This document shows, in pieces, positions 13,716-27,416 of a stretch of DNA of 64,000 nucleotides (position 1 is the first letter of the stretch; each line of letters opens with the position of its first letter). A model generated the notes under the pieces. It searched no databases. It was not told the origin of the DNA and saw only the letters and a program-made list of their open reading frames with translations. Source of the stretch: Bigelowiella natans CCMP2755 (Eukaryota > Protista > Cercozoa); the NCBI GenBank assembly GCA_000320545.1, contig ADNK01002363.1, positions 62,001 to 126,000 of the forward strand. Reading direction: 5' to 3'. The position numbers and the translations under genes are program-made.

Positions 13716-15853
13716 ATGCCCTCATCAACAATGCCCAACTCGAGTGGATCTCTCGAGTGGATCTCTCAAGTACTTGAGTGGTGAAGATCTTCATCATAAG
13801 TGATACCTTGAGGGAAAAATTTCTGAAGAGAAATTCGAAAACCTATCAGCCCCCCTGAAGGCGCAGATAGCCGAAACTCAAGAGGAAATCCAGGCGAAGG
13901 AGGTAGAACTGAAGGATATGACAAAGAAATTTGAGGAGGCAGCCGGTAATGTATTTTTGTTAACATCTGAGGAACAATCGGTGTGCTGAGGTATTTTTAC
14001 GTGTGTACTCATTTTTGCGTGTGTGTTCAGCCATGGAAACGGAGGAAAGCGGTAGGAGGGGTGATGAACAACATCCTGTGCAAATAATATATTGTTCTAA
14101 TTTTGGTGTGAATTGATTTCAGGGGAGAAGCGCAAAAGCATATCGGATTACGAACGAGGAAGCGAAACAAAAGGTGACTAGACTCATCCTCTATAAGTAC
14201 CTGTTTGATAGTCCCGCTTTACGTGGAAACACAGGCAAACGATCCAATATTGACGCGGATGCCGAAGAATTTTTCCAAGCTTTGAGAGACACTCAGTTTA
14301 CAAAAGGGACTGCAATGCAGCTAGTGCGCATAACGAAGAAGATCTTCGTACCCGGGCATCGTGCTGGTTGGATTCGGGGGTTCAAGCACCCTGTTACTCT
14401 TTTCTACCGCAAGGCATTTTCAGAAGCAGTCTGCAAATTTCGAAAATATTATCATCTTTACCGCGAGAGAAAGTCGAACATTGATTGCTGTATACTCTCT
14501 GGGCAAAGTGGTATAGCCAAGAGTGTGGCCTTTTTGCTAACATACATCAAGGTGGCGCTGGAAAATGACGAGAAGGTTGCGTTCTATTCCGTGCCAGAGA
14601 AATGTTTATACCTTCTGGAAGTTCGAAGCGGAAGGGTCTATTGCAAAAAACTGATAGTTCTTGACGAGGGATGGACAGAACATCCTGATTGGGAAGCATT
14701 TGACTCTAAATCGACACATCTTGTCGTCGATCCCGAGAACGGATTCGGGCACCTAAATGTGAACATCATAAAAGCCTTTGTGGTAGTGGCAAGTGCGCCC
14801 GATAGGGAGTGGAAGCAATTCGAGAATCTTCTTAAAGCCAGAACGAAGAGGCGGAATCTCACCTTGTTTGCCGATGTCATCCAAGAAGATGAATTCAACG
14901 ATGTTTCCGCGGGAATGAATGAGAGTGGCGTGGCGGATGGAAACTGTACTGTCGAGGACTTAAGAAGACGATCCGAGATAGCCGGGGGGGTGTTGTGGCA
15001 CATTGTAGACGAGTATATGTTCAAGAGGTTTCAAGACTCCCAAGACCACATGTTGCGAAAGTTTCAGGGCATGATTGGCGAAAACGTGGAGATGATACAA
15101 CCTAGGGATGTCGCTTTACCAAGTTCCGTGTTCTGCATCCGCCCCATTCTTGAAGACGGTTCGCACACTGGTTCGGATTTTGTCCTGGATTTCCTGAGCC
15201 CTTATGTAGAATCCAGAGTGGTAGGGGCGCTTGCCGAGGAACAGTCTAAGCAGAGTGAAAGTATGTCTGGTTTAGAGGCAGAAAGAAGGTGGTTTCACCT
15301 CATAAAGGATGGGGGGGATTTTGAAGGCCGACATGTTGGCTCACATTTACCAGAAGAATTGAAAGGCAAGACTACCACAGTCTCATTTAGTCAACACAAA
15401 CGAGTGATTCACCATCGCGAAAATAGTAAGGAAGAAAAGAAGAAGTGCTTGGAGGAAATCCGCGAATTGAAGGATACGAGCACGCTGATCATTTGCCCTC
15501 CGAACTTTTCAAACATAGATGGTGCTTCAAGTGCTGAGGTGCTGCATCAGATGGCTAAAGGAAATGTTCACGACTTCAAAGTCAAACACAAAGACGAGGT
15601 TCTTGTGGACACGAAAGTTGTCACGATTTACTACTACACTTTGGAGAAGCATTACCACACATTCCGTGTGAATTTCGTTTACAAAGACGTGTCAAAATCT
15701 GACCAGGAAGCTTGGAAGAAGACCTGGCACAAACACTTGAGGTTCGTAGTCGTAAAACTCAATCCGGTAAGATTTTGGGGAAAATTAAAGAAAGCACTTG
15801 GAAAATCATTATCCATTCCTGAATATCGTTCACAAAGACGTGTCAAAATCTGA
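13716..15853 (+). pseudogene. Crinkler/RHS-type P-loop NTPase + restriction-endonuclease-fold gene, 5' end apparently disrupted
   Basis: Intronless 559-aa ORF 14174-15853 with Walker A-like ILSGQSGIAKS, Walker B-like HLVVDP, VVVASAPD, IAGGVLWHI, DFLSPYV, and a C-terminal GLEAE..PPNFSNIDG..LHQM..H REase-like pattern. The upstream coiled-coil exon (~13805-13947) is cut off from ATG 13716 by a 13-bp tandem duplication (13739-13764) and an in-frame TGA (13801). Confidence 0.7.
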
Positions 15854-15958
15854 CCAGGAAGCGTGAAAGAAAACCTGGCACAAACACTTGAGGCTCGTAG
15901 TCGTATAACTCAATCCGGTAAGATTTTGGGGAAAATCAAAGGAAGCACTTGTAAAATG
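15660..15958 (+). repeat. Diverged tandem duplication, period 151 bp, at the 3' end of the Crinkler-like ORF
   Basis: ACAAAGACGTGTCAAAATCTGACCAGGAAGC...CTCAATCCGGTAAGATTTTGGG..AAAGCACTTG starts at 15681 and again at 15832, with scattered substitutions. Confidence 0.95.
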
Positions 15959-16651
15959 AAGGTGCATAGCACGAGAAATCCGAAAGGTGATGAAAGCGAT
16001 CATTAGCGATGAGTGAGGCACACACTGTAGCTAGAATTCAAGATGTAGCGATGGCGCGATCTAGCGATGCTCTGCTGTGGATTTTTGCCATGTCATTTTT
16101 GACAAAGATCATTTTCACAAAAGACTTGTGATGTGCCTAGGATTTTCATCTTATTGTCATTCTAGCAATCTAGCAATTCAGTTCAGGGCAAATTTTCATG
16201 TTTCGCGTTTTCGCAATTTTTGCTACTGCCGATAGCAGGGAAATGAAATATGTGGCATGCAAGCATGGCATGGTAGTCAGCAGCGGGATGCATGTCACGA
16301 CAGACGTGTGGTGCCTGCACGCCTAGACGCGCCTGTATACCTGAATGCAATGATTGCTAGTGCTAGAGTGGGTGCTCGTTCGTGGACGCACTGAAATGTG
16401 GACATCGCGCATCTAAACACGTGGTGCCTGGCACATGCATCGCAGCATCGTGCATTTGTGTGCGCGCACATGAAATCCAATTGAGTTGATGGGACAGCCG
16501 TGTGCATGATCGCCAACGTCGTGCAAGCAGCAAGCAAGCTAAAGAATGAGTCTCGATGCGAGGGTGGCCATCATTTAAGCATTATTCATCCTTGCTCAGT
16601 CACTTTCCCCCTTTCCGCATAATCCTCACTTTTTGATCCATATCGCCGTCA

Positions 16652-18224
16652 TCACTTCTCTTCTTTGCCTTCTTCCTCTTCTTCCTCTTCTTCCTCCTCC
16701 TCCTCCTCCACCTGACCAGTTCCGAGTTCCTGAGTATCCTTTCCTTTCTCTAGAAGGGTTTGAAGAAGCCTGTTTGCCTATGTGACGGATGAGGACATAC
16801 AGTTATCTCTATAGAAATGTTCTCAAGGCATGCTCACTGTTGTGCTATTACTACACGCATCTGATTATTCTACCCACTGTTAGCGTATGATGCGCTACTA
16901 CCTTATGCATGTCTTGCATGCTTCCTCCTGCCCGCATGCCACCAATAAGAGACTCCAGGCTTCTCTTGATGTCGGTCTGATAATGAGGTACATAGAGTAC
17001 AAAAGGCACGAAGGCAAGCCAATTGTGGTAGGTGTACAGCAACAACAATGCATATGGAGAGATTAATTACAACTGGCTCGCAAATGTTTTTGAAAGTGTT
17101 ATTAGCTTGCTTAGCTTCCTGGTTATAATTCACATGATCGTCTCCAAAGGCATTGTCCTCCTCGCTTTCCATTTCGCTCTCCTCCTCCTCCTCCTCCTCC
17201 TCCTCCTCATCATCATCATCTTTCTCCTCTTCAGCTGCCACCGATTCTGCGTCCCTCTATGAAGAAGAAGAAGAAGAAGAAGAAGAAGAAGAAGAAGAAG
17301 AAGAAGAAGAAGAAAAAGAAGAGGGAAGAGAGATAAAAGAGTGGAAGCGGGAAGAGAAATATTGTGGCAGAAGAAGGGGCTGCAACTAGAATCATGTTGA
17401 CTCTTTAGATGATGACAACGATGATAATGATGATGGTGATGGTGATGATGATGATGATTATGATAATAATTATGATGTGGTGCCAGGGTGCGCACGAATA
17501 TGTGTCAATAAAGTAACTCTAATATTACGTCAGCATCAACATTATCATTTTCTTGTCGTGCTCCACCGCCTTCCTCGTCGAGATCTTCTGGTCTTAGACT
17601 CTCAGCTGCTGCTTTTTGCTTCTCACGTTTTTTACTCCTGCCCCCTGCTATACTCCTTCGCTGCAGCGACGATGAGGAGGATGTTGCGTTGTTGTCGTTC
17701 CATCCACTTTCTTCGCTTGGTAGTCGCGGTGGTGCTTCTAACGCAGGGGGGGGGGAGGGCTCAGCCAGAAGAGCCTCTAGCCGTTTGTTTAGGTACTCCT
17801 ATTGATTGCAGTTGTGAAGTTCAAAGCCAACGATATATAGGTGTAATAACGATGATGGTGGTGATGATGATGATAACGGTGATGATGATGATGATGATGG
17901 TGATGGTGGTGGTGATGATAATGACGGCATTTCACAAAAACTACATATTTCTTTGAAAGAGCGAGAGAAATGCGTTGCGTCTACCTTGATTCGTGCAAAG
18001 AGGTCTCGCGGGAACCAGCCAGTCGTATCGTCACACCGAGGCAGCACGATGGAATGCCCAATCGTGTCTGCGATGCGAGTGTGGCATTTCGCCAAATTGC
18101 TCAGCTGATATGTCCTTTTCGAGTATTGCGTGGGAAGAAAGTAAGGGAGAGACTTAGAAGAGAAAGCAAGATCAAATGCCTCAATGTGTAGGGCACAACC
18201 TTGCCAGAACGCAAATATAATAAT

Positions 18225-18259
<35 letters not shown>

Positions 18260-18442
18260 AAGCAATGCGAACCCTTAGAAATCTCAGCGGTGATGAAATG
18301 ACTCAAAACCCTTCCTTCAATAAGGGAGAACAAAGATAATTTCATTGATGGCACCCATCGGAGACCGCCAACTTGCAATGGGGGCTGTGTTTAGTACTAT
18401 TCGATTGTTTGTTTGTTGCCTCTTTGTCTTCATCATCATCTT

Positions 18443-18474
<32 letters not shown>

Positions 18475-18719
18475 GAGGTTCTCTTCAAAGGAACACGTTC
18501 AAAGCCCAAATCAACGTCCTTCGCAGCCTTGGCTGTTATCATACGATAATTTCTCAAACTCCGATTGTACAAATTACAGGAAAATACTCTCTGATGGACG
18601 ATTGAAATTGTATCATTGCCCAACTCCAGGTTTTACTTTTACATCGTGTTGCTAGCGATTTGGAAGGAAGGGGACCAGAAGGAGACGGAATAGAGAGAGA
18701 GGAGGGGGAGCGGGTGGGG

Positions 18720-18758
<39 letters not shown>

Positions 18759-19284
18759 GGAACAGCCATTTTTCACTAAATATTCCCCAGGGACATAGAA
18801 AGGAAGCAGAAACAGCTTCGAGGAGATATCATCCTGCCAACTTTTTAATGTTTTTATTCCTCAATTACTGTTGCTCTTCTTCGGGAAATGCCTCTGGATA
18901 TAGCTGGGAGTAGCACGTACAAAGAGACGGAAAGCACCCATTCCCACGACGTCAATACACATATAAGAAAAGGGGAAGAGGAGTGCAATAAGAGGGCAAA
19001 AATCAATTCTCGATCCAACCATCCTCTTTTCTGTGCTTCTACTTAATTTCCATATATGCAGAAGTGAGATAATCATGTTAACCTGGCAGTTTTCATTTGA
19101 GCCCTTACTTACATGGTGCCCCCCCTCACCCTCCCTCCCCCCCTTCTTAACACCTACCCAACCTACTCACTCTTTATATCTTGGCGCTATGTCTCGGGGA
19201 ATAGTGAAGCGAACGTGCTGCAGCTCTCTGCTTGACGGGTTGCTCCTAGGGTCATACCCGTACCTGCTCACAAGAGTAGAGAAC

Positions 19285-19321
<37 letters not shown>

Positions 19322-19471
19322 AAAACTATTGCCTTTAGTGCAACGGTACTAGGTGGGGAACGCAGGTGGGAAAGCAAGCAAAGTGCAGCGTGGCGGTTGG
19401 AGTAACACTGTGTGTAGTATTGTATTGATCGTCGATCAACGAGAGGACTAATGATGACGACTACTATGGCT

Positions 19472-19511
<40 letters not shown>

Positions 19512-19715
19512 CGATGATGGGTCCTATCATTATTATTGTCCTTGATCTCTCGCGATGTATTCACCTGATGTACAATTGACTCCAAGGGCCCTTGGAAAAT
19601 CTGAGCAAAATGCCATAAGGAGGAGAAGGAGGAGGAGGAGGATAATCACGTGGATTAGGTGCTGCTGCCAAACTACAATATTACTCCCCTGTTCTTTTTT
19701 TCTCCCCCCTCCTTA

Positions 19716-19758
<43 letters not shown>

Positions 19759-20329
19759 TCTCTTCTATGCAGCAGATTGATGGTCGCCCAACTTTACTAA
19801 AGCTACTTGCTTCCTATCCTGCAAGTGAACAAGCCTTTAGTTACTGCTGAACACACTAATGGTTTTTAGTCCCATGAGACGGCTATTCAAGACGCCGTCT
19901 TGGACAACAGCCATTGGCCGAAAACGGCACGTAAAAGCTAATCACCAACCCTCCACATGCAACTCCTATCTTGCTACCTGTAAGCGACACAGTTGATGTG
20001 CTTCGAGATCACGTTGAATGAATATCGCCCCCTAGCACACAGTATTGCAGCAGGATGGATGCAGCAAAAACATCAACAATCATCGTCCTGCTACGAACGC
20101 AGTATGAGGAATACAAGAATAAAAATCATAGTGTAGGAAGGGGGGGGGGGGCTAGATGCCGTCATTTAATTGATAGCAATGGCTTGTATTTACATTCAAG
20201 GGAAAATACTATAGCGATGATCGAATGCTGCACATTCGTAGTGTATGTAATAGTGTTATTTACAAAAATAATACCGTAACGTTGCGACCAAAGCATCCTG
20301 TGTAAGTGTAATTGTAATTGTAAGTGTAA

Positions 20330-20389
<60 letters not shown>

Positions 20390-21979
20390 CATTAAGGACA
20401 ACAATATCAGCTGCAAGAGTAGTCTGATAACATTTATATTGTGCCTGCTCTACCTCTCGAAGCATTTCCCTTCAAAGGAGACATTACAATTACTTACAGT
20501 TCAAGAATATAAGTACATTTTATGTTTGCGTATCATACATGCACAATATATACATGCACAGATCTTATGTTTGCGTATCATATATCCGCGGTTTGAAATC
20601 AAAAACCACGGTTTGATCACCCCCAGCAACAAGAGTACAATATATCTCGTGTTTGCGTATATCCCTGTTCTATTCAAGCCCCCCTCCCCATGCATCATTA
20701 GCTGCAAGAAGAGACCTTTGCCCAAATCGGTTGCGAGCTGAATCGCTCCACCAGTTCGCTATAAACAGGTGTTCTTTGGCCTTCCCCCGAGAAATACCTC
20801 AAGTAGCAACAGTACACATTGATTCCTGCAAGTATTAACAGATAGATATGGTGACGGCGTGTACGTGTTTTCCGGGGGCGCAATGGGGACTTGAGGAATC
20901 TTGTAGTTCAGAGACCATACCTCCACTGCCATCACACAGCAGCAAGCAATAAACCAGCTTTAGGACGACGACAACGACGATGCAAAGGAGGAGAGGGAGG
21001 AGGAGGAGGAGGAGGAGGAGGAGGAGGAGGAGGAGGAGAGAGGCAGAGGATGCAATGTATGATAAATGCAGGGTTATGTTAAGGATCGTGTGATGGATTT
21101 TGTGCTCTTTCTAGGTCCTCTTCTGTCCTCCACCCACGCACGTTGCTTCCGATCTTCTCCTGCGTGTCCCCTTCGCCTAGAGTTGTTCGCCGATCCACTT
21201 TGATTGGTTGGAGCAGGAGGGAGGTACGTGCGGCTCGCCCGTGGCGCAAGTTCCTGTTAGGAATAAGTAGTAGCAGCACCGCATGTTACAATAACAACTA
21301 GAGCAACTACTACTACTACTACTACGTAAACCTACTTTGAATCTGTAGGCCCTCGGGTAATTAATCATCGAGAATAGACGTGGCGTGAAATCCGTCAAGT
21401 CGCCAATAGCTTCCTCCTCCTCTTCCTCCTTATCCTCAAGATCATTTTCTTCTCCATCTTCTTCTTCATCATCATCATCTTCTTCTTCTTCAACAACCAT
21501 GGCCACCGTGTCGTCATTGTCGTCGTTATCATCAATGGTAGCGTTGCTACTACTTTTCTTGCTAGCATTCCCATTTTTCTGACTCTTATTATTATTCTTT
21601 ATGGTTGTTCTCTTCCTCTTTATTTTCCTTATTTTCTTCCTCTCCGCCATTGTCTTAGTGGCCCTGTTCCCTGATTCGACTGTAGTAGTAGGCTGCTTTT
21701 TGAGGACATGCACCCGATCGAAGTCGAGAAGCGATCTACTCGTGGGAAGATACACATCAGCAGCAGCAGTAACACCAGCAGCATTTTCTTGTTGTCGCAG
21801 GGTCATCATCCTCGTGATTTTCAGTGCCAATGCGAGTGGGGACATTCGGGCAACCGCGTCTGCTGATGACACTGGTGGGGGCAGTACTGGAGGAAGAAGA
21901 AGAAACGAAAAAGGAAGGAGGAGGAGGAAGAGGGATAAAGGAGAGGGGTGGATGTAATCGTAAATATAGAGAGGTAAAT

Positions 21980-22054
<75 letters not shown>

Positions 22055-22772
22055 ATCGTTTTCATGCATGTACAACGGCATGAATCCCTCTTTCATCATC
22101 ATTCTCACAGGAAGAAGAAGAAGAAGAAGAAGAAGAAGAGAGCTACCAGTAACACCCTGACTGTTGATTGGAATAGTGCTGTTGTGGCTGATGATACTGC
22201 TGCCGCTCTTGCAAGTACTGGATTTGGCCTCTAAAGGCATGATATTAATGTACACAGCTTCTTCTGCTGCTGTGGGATGCGCACCAACCCTGTTAACCAT
22301 CGCAGAATCTGACGACAGCGATGATGATGACAATCGTGATGACGAAGAAGACTTAATAGCCTTGACGTCCTCCTCCTCTTCATCTGCCTCGGCAGGTAGC
22401 CTATCATACCATGCACGAAATCGATTCCTCAGGGCGCTGTCCTTGACCTTAAGCATCCTCTCTATATCAGCAATAAGTGTTGAAAGAAACTCCTCAGTTC
22501 CCCATCTTCCCGTTCTGGTCTCTCCTCCTTCCGCCCCCGTTTTGCCATTGCTCGACGAATGTCGCATTGATGGTGTTGTCGCTGCTGGTAGGCGTCGTCT
22601 TCTGGGGAAACACACGACGTGGTGGGCGCGCAAGTTGGAGCCCTGATGAGAGTATCATAACGCATCGTTAGATGCAGGATGATTTACGACAACCGAAAAA
22701 GAGCCGTGCAGCACTGATTGATGTACTACGACCTATTTTTTCTCTCTATACCGCTTTTCCATTCTCGCCTTC

Positions 22773-22821
<49 letters not shown>

Positions 22822-23697
22822 CCCATCCCCCATACCCCCACACCCTTCCCCCGTTGATCCTGTTTTTAATCACCGTGGAATCAAATTTGATATAGTGGGA
22901 GCTGTCAATTTGCTGCAGAGTTGACGGGGTGTTGGGCACAGAAGGGCACACCTATAATGAAAGATGGGAAAACAAATAAAGAGAAAAGGGTAGAAGTGGG
23001 TGGTGGTAGTATAGTCACAGGGCGAAATTGTAGCAGTGGAGTGACAATAGTTTTTGGCAGTATGTAGATGTAAAAGGTACTTCTCATGGAAGCTGGTTAC
23101 TTTCCATAAAAGTACTCCCTCCCCCCTCCTCTAAACCACTACTATGTGTGCTGCTGCTTTGTTCGCGCATTGCTACCTGGAAATCAGATAGTCTCCGAAA
23201 GTCAACTCGCCTCACCACCTAGAATTAAAAAGTGATGAATATATCACACAGCCAGACCATATACAAAGGAGGACAGTGTATTTTCGATATATGTGCTCCT
23301 ACTACCCTCCCTACGATCTCGGCATGCACTGTTGTCGTAGCTGTGTCCGTCCCTGAATATCGTGCTGCAGTGAGAAGACTTTCGATTTTCAAGAAACAGG
23401 TTAACTAGAGTCGTCTTTCTATCTGATTGACCGTAAGCTGATCCTGCTACTGACTTTGGTTTTCTTTTCTTTCTCCGAACCTGTTTATGAAGGTGGTTGT
23501 TAAGGTGGTGAGCACCGAGTACTACTACCTCGTAAAGGCAGCAGCAGGAGAAAGTGTCGCTGCTGTTTCTCCTTGGATGGTAATAATGACGCATACTTTG
23601 ATTAGAATATTTGCAGAGTCAGAGGCTTCTCCAAGAATTGGGTGCGACATCTTGAATTTTGGCCTGAGGTGTAGCAGGGAGTACATGCCGGTCGGTT

Positions 23698-23768
<71 letters not shown>

Positions 23769-24076
23769 GGATCACACATGTGCAAACTTATGATTTGGGA
23801 ACCTGAAATTCAACGGGACGATCTTAGCTGTCTTCATCTTATTGAGCCCTTCTTTCCCACCCAGTGTCTCGATGGCTTTCGCTGGATTGATAACGTGACT
23901 GATTTGGCAAAACACACAGCCGTCAGGTGGGGAAAGGGATATAGTTTCCATTGTTATCGTCCACGATACCCAGGATGGTGCACACATATCAACCGTGGAA
24001 CTTTCTCAGTTATTTCCAATATATGCTTTTGTGGTGAATCACTGGTAGATGAGGACTGATGTCCTGTAGATGCCAT
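16652..24076 (-). CDS. GTF3C5: Transcription factor IIIC subunit tau95/Tfc1 (GTF3C5) homologue
   Basis: Motifs occur in order across exons: ICVHHPG|HVINPAKAIETLGG..LNF (23800-24000); HPILGEASDSANILIKV; TPRLFSMINYPRAYRF; LVERFSSQPIWAK; FSKGPWSQLYIR|YGYDPRSNPSSRELQ (~19600 and ~19260); YQLSNL..CDDTTGWF (~18000-18110); acidic C-terminal tail ending at TGA 16652. Confidence 0.8.
17261..17313 (+). repeat. (GAA)n microsatellite (representative of dozens of intronic SSRs)
   Basis: Perfect GAA run. Confidence 0.95.
23701..23763 (+). repeat. (AT)n microsatellite, longest in window, intronic in GTF3C5
   Basis: About 31 uninterrupted AT units. Other (TA)n runs at ~386-432, 1064-1091, 1492-1528, 18228-18256, 21987-22018, 45985-46016, 48165-48196, 51156-51185. 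Confidence 0.95.
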
Positions 24077-24621
24077 GTTCACAGCAAAGGCTGCTTAGCT
24101 TGCAGAGGCAGGGGAAGGAGCGATGTTAATCGGAAGCAAGTGCTCCTAAAATTCACTGTGCTTTCCATGTACCTAATTAGATACTGCGACATCAAATTCT
24201 TGTCGCAGGTGGAAAATCAGACACTTTATTGAAAAACTTGGGATATTTATGTGGGAGAAAAAAGCGCCGCGCCAAGTAGTTTTTTTATTGACCAGATATC
24301 GCGAGAATTGCCAGTTATCCTAGTTAGATCTATCTGAGCAAGGATTGCATGTCGTAGAACTAAAATACTCTACGAACGATCCAGAACAGACTCGTGCCAG
24401 GAAAAAGATTCGACGACGTGGGACACGTCGGCTAGATGTGGTTGTAATGCCGAACTCTGCGTAGGATATTCCAAGGGTAGATTAGAATCTAAATTGGTGC
24501 TTCTAAATATATCCATTTGCCATATATTGCGTGGACAAAATGTATGGACTAGATGATTTAGATTTATTTCCGATCAATTTTAACCCGTCAACGAGCCAAT
24601 TTCGACTCAGACCAGCCAGCG

Positions 24622-26398
24622 ATGAGCGCGTTGCGAAGCCTAGCGGCTGCGCGCATGTTTGTGCCTCGCTTACAACGACGCTTGTTCTCGATCCCCAAGC
24701 CCGTAATCCGTGACTCTTCAAAGATTGTAAGCTACCGCGCCTTCTCCAGTTCAGCAGCGTCCGCTTTGCCCGACGACTCCGCGGAGTTAAACATTCTGGA
24801 CGGGAACATGGGGTTAGTCGACGAGAAAAATACGGGTCAGAAAAAACTTTAAATACATATTGAAAGCGCTTTCAACATTTGACAACATTCGTGATTTCTG
24901 TAGAGGCAATGGAGGGCCTGTTGGGACAGATGCGTGACCGTCTTGAGCACGTCAAGGCTGCAGGGGGAGAGAAGGCTGTCGGCAAGCACCGAAAGCGGAA
25001 GAAACTGTTAGCCAGGGAGAGGGTTGAGAAGGTCCCGAATTATATGTAACCGTAGTCTAAGCTTGATCGTAGTAATGCAGCGTTGTTGTTGCGGGTTGTT
25101 TTCATTCAGTTGTTAGATCATGGATCATCATTTCTCGAGCTGTCTCCGTTTGCAGGGTGCGTTACACACCCACAACAAAACGAGGGGGGGGTGCAATTAG
25201 GGTGATGCTTGGTTATTTTTTGCAGATGGGACTTATATGGCAAGGACCATGTCCCATGCGGAGGTAGCTTTTGCATTACATCGATAGCATGAGCACTTGC
25301 ATAATTTCGGCAACGTTATCATCATTATCATCATCATCATCATCATCATCATCATCGTTACCAATTTTTTGTTGATGACCAGGAATTATCACCGGAATCG
25401 GACAGATTCAAGGTGCTGCTTCTTTGAAACCTTCATTTCCTGATCATAAATATGCGTAATATAACAACAAAAACAACGGTGACTGCTGCATTTCTAGGAA
25501 CCGAGTGCATGATAGTCGCTAACGACGCAACGGTAAAAGGGGGGACCTACTTCCCCATCACAGGTAAGCTTTTGCAGCAGTACCAGCAGATCAGAGATCA
25601 TCGATACAATCACGATTGTGAAGACACAAAAGCATCATACCGCATCAAACAGATGAACGGACATGAGTCACATGCAGCGCGTTCGTGATGCATGATGTCG
25701 TACTAATATAGTGAAGAAGCACCTGCGGGCACAGGAGATAGCACAGCAATGTGGTCTACCGTGCATTTACCTCGTTGACTCTGGAGGGGCCAACCTCCCA
25801 CGGTATCATTATAGATAGCAATAGTAGTAATTTTATTATAATGATATCATTAAATTACACACGTGTGATGATAAGAAACGTGGATCATTACCAAGCGAGC
25901 GACAACTATCCTGTGGCCGTGTCGTCTTTGTTTCTTCTACCATAGCATCACTCCTATCAACATAATACCCTCGCTGCTTTGTCTTGCGGCCTCAGTCAAG
26001 ACCAAGTGTTCCCCGATCGGGACCATTTCGGACGCATCTTCTATAACCAAGCCAACATGTCTCGCGAGGTACGTCATACCCGCCTAGAAACCATCTTGAC
26101 AATAACGAATCGCTCTGGAATATACACCTGTTCTTCTCCATCTTATATGGGTGTGCGTTCTCTTACTACTTACCATGGTTGAAGGGCATTCCCCAAATCG
26201 CTGTTGTGATGGGTTCGTGCACTGCGGGAGGGGCCTATGTACCGGCTATGGCAGACGAGTCAGTGATTGTCAATGGGACGGGGACTATCTTCCTCGGAGG
26301 TAGTAGCTCATACATACTTGTTGCACCATTATCTTTTTGGAAAAAGGAGAAACCGGTCTAGGTTTTTTATCAGTCATCTCCTATTTCTCCATTTCTCC

Positions 26399-26442
<44 letters not shown>

Positions 26443-26869
26443 CTCTCCCTCTCTCTACTATTCGTTCCTTGCCACCGCACTTTCCTTTATTCGCCGACAT
26501 CTACTGTAAGGTCCCCCCTTGGTGAAAGCAGCTACTGGAGAGGTTGGTTTGCATGTGTTTTTCAATGATATGCCCCAAGGGCGGACAATTGTGGGATAAG
26601 GAAGAAGAGATGCTTCCAAGGGGAAGGGGGGTCGACTAGAAGGAAATTAGAAGAACTTCCTTTTTCTTTTCTCCCTCTATGAAACCCCGTCGTTCTTCGC
26701 TTCGATTCTCTTTCATCATCCACATACTTCTGACGACGATCGATATATCAATCGGTGATATGGTACTATAACCACTACCACCACAACACACAGGAGGTAT
26801 CTGCTGAGGACTTGGGCGGAGCAACTCTCCATAGCAAAACCTCTGGTACGAGTACGAATACTACGAATG

Positions 26870-26909
<40 letters not shown>

Positions 26910-27370
26910 ATACTCTCACACTGACACTGACTGGTTCTGACAACAACCAAAGGCGTGACGGATCATATGGCTGAATCCGACGAACATGCCCTCGCAATTA
27001 CTCGAAGGTATACACTGAAAGCAAGAACTGGGGGGGGGGGGGGGGGGTAAAGGCGGGAGTGGAGTCATAGCAAGTACATTATGTCTCATCATCATAATTA
27101 TCCTTATCATGATCATCGTCATCGTAGTCGTGCTGGTGACATATCTCTTGATCGTTCTCGGCTCCATCACTATTATTATTATTATTATTATTATTATTGT
27201 TATTAGGATTGTTGCAAATCTGAACCGCAAGAAGACGCTCCCCACCATCAAGACTGCAGCAGAAGTGCTCGAACCACGCTACGACCCGAATGAACTGCGA
27301 AAGCTGGCCCCTGTCGATCTCTCCAAGTCTCTCGACATTAAACAAGTAATGACCCACCATTCCTGTCCAC

Positions 27371-27416
<46 letters not shown>

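Noticed and set aside
20519-20585. Short local duplications (TTATGTTTGCGTATCATA twice; also 38622-38653 and 49630-49690)
   Set aside because: Two-copy slippage duplications with no spacer structure. Not CRISPR-like or mobile.
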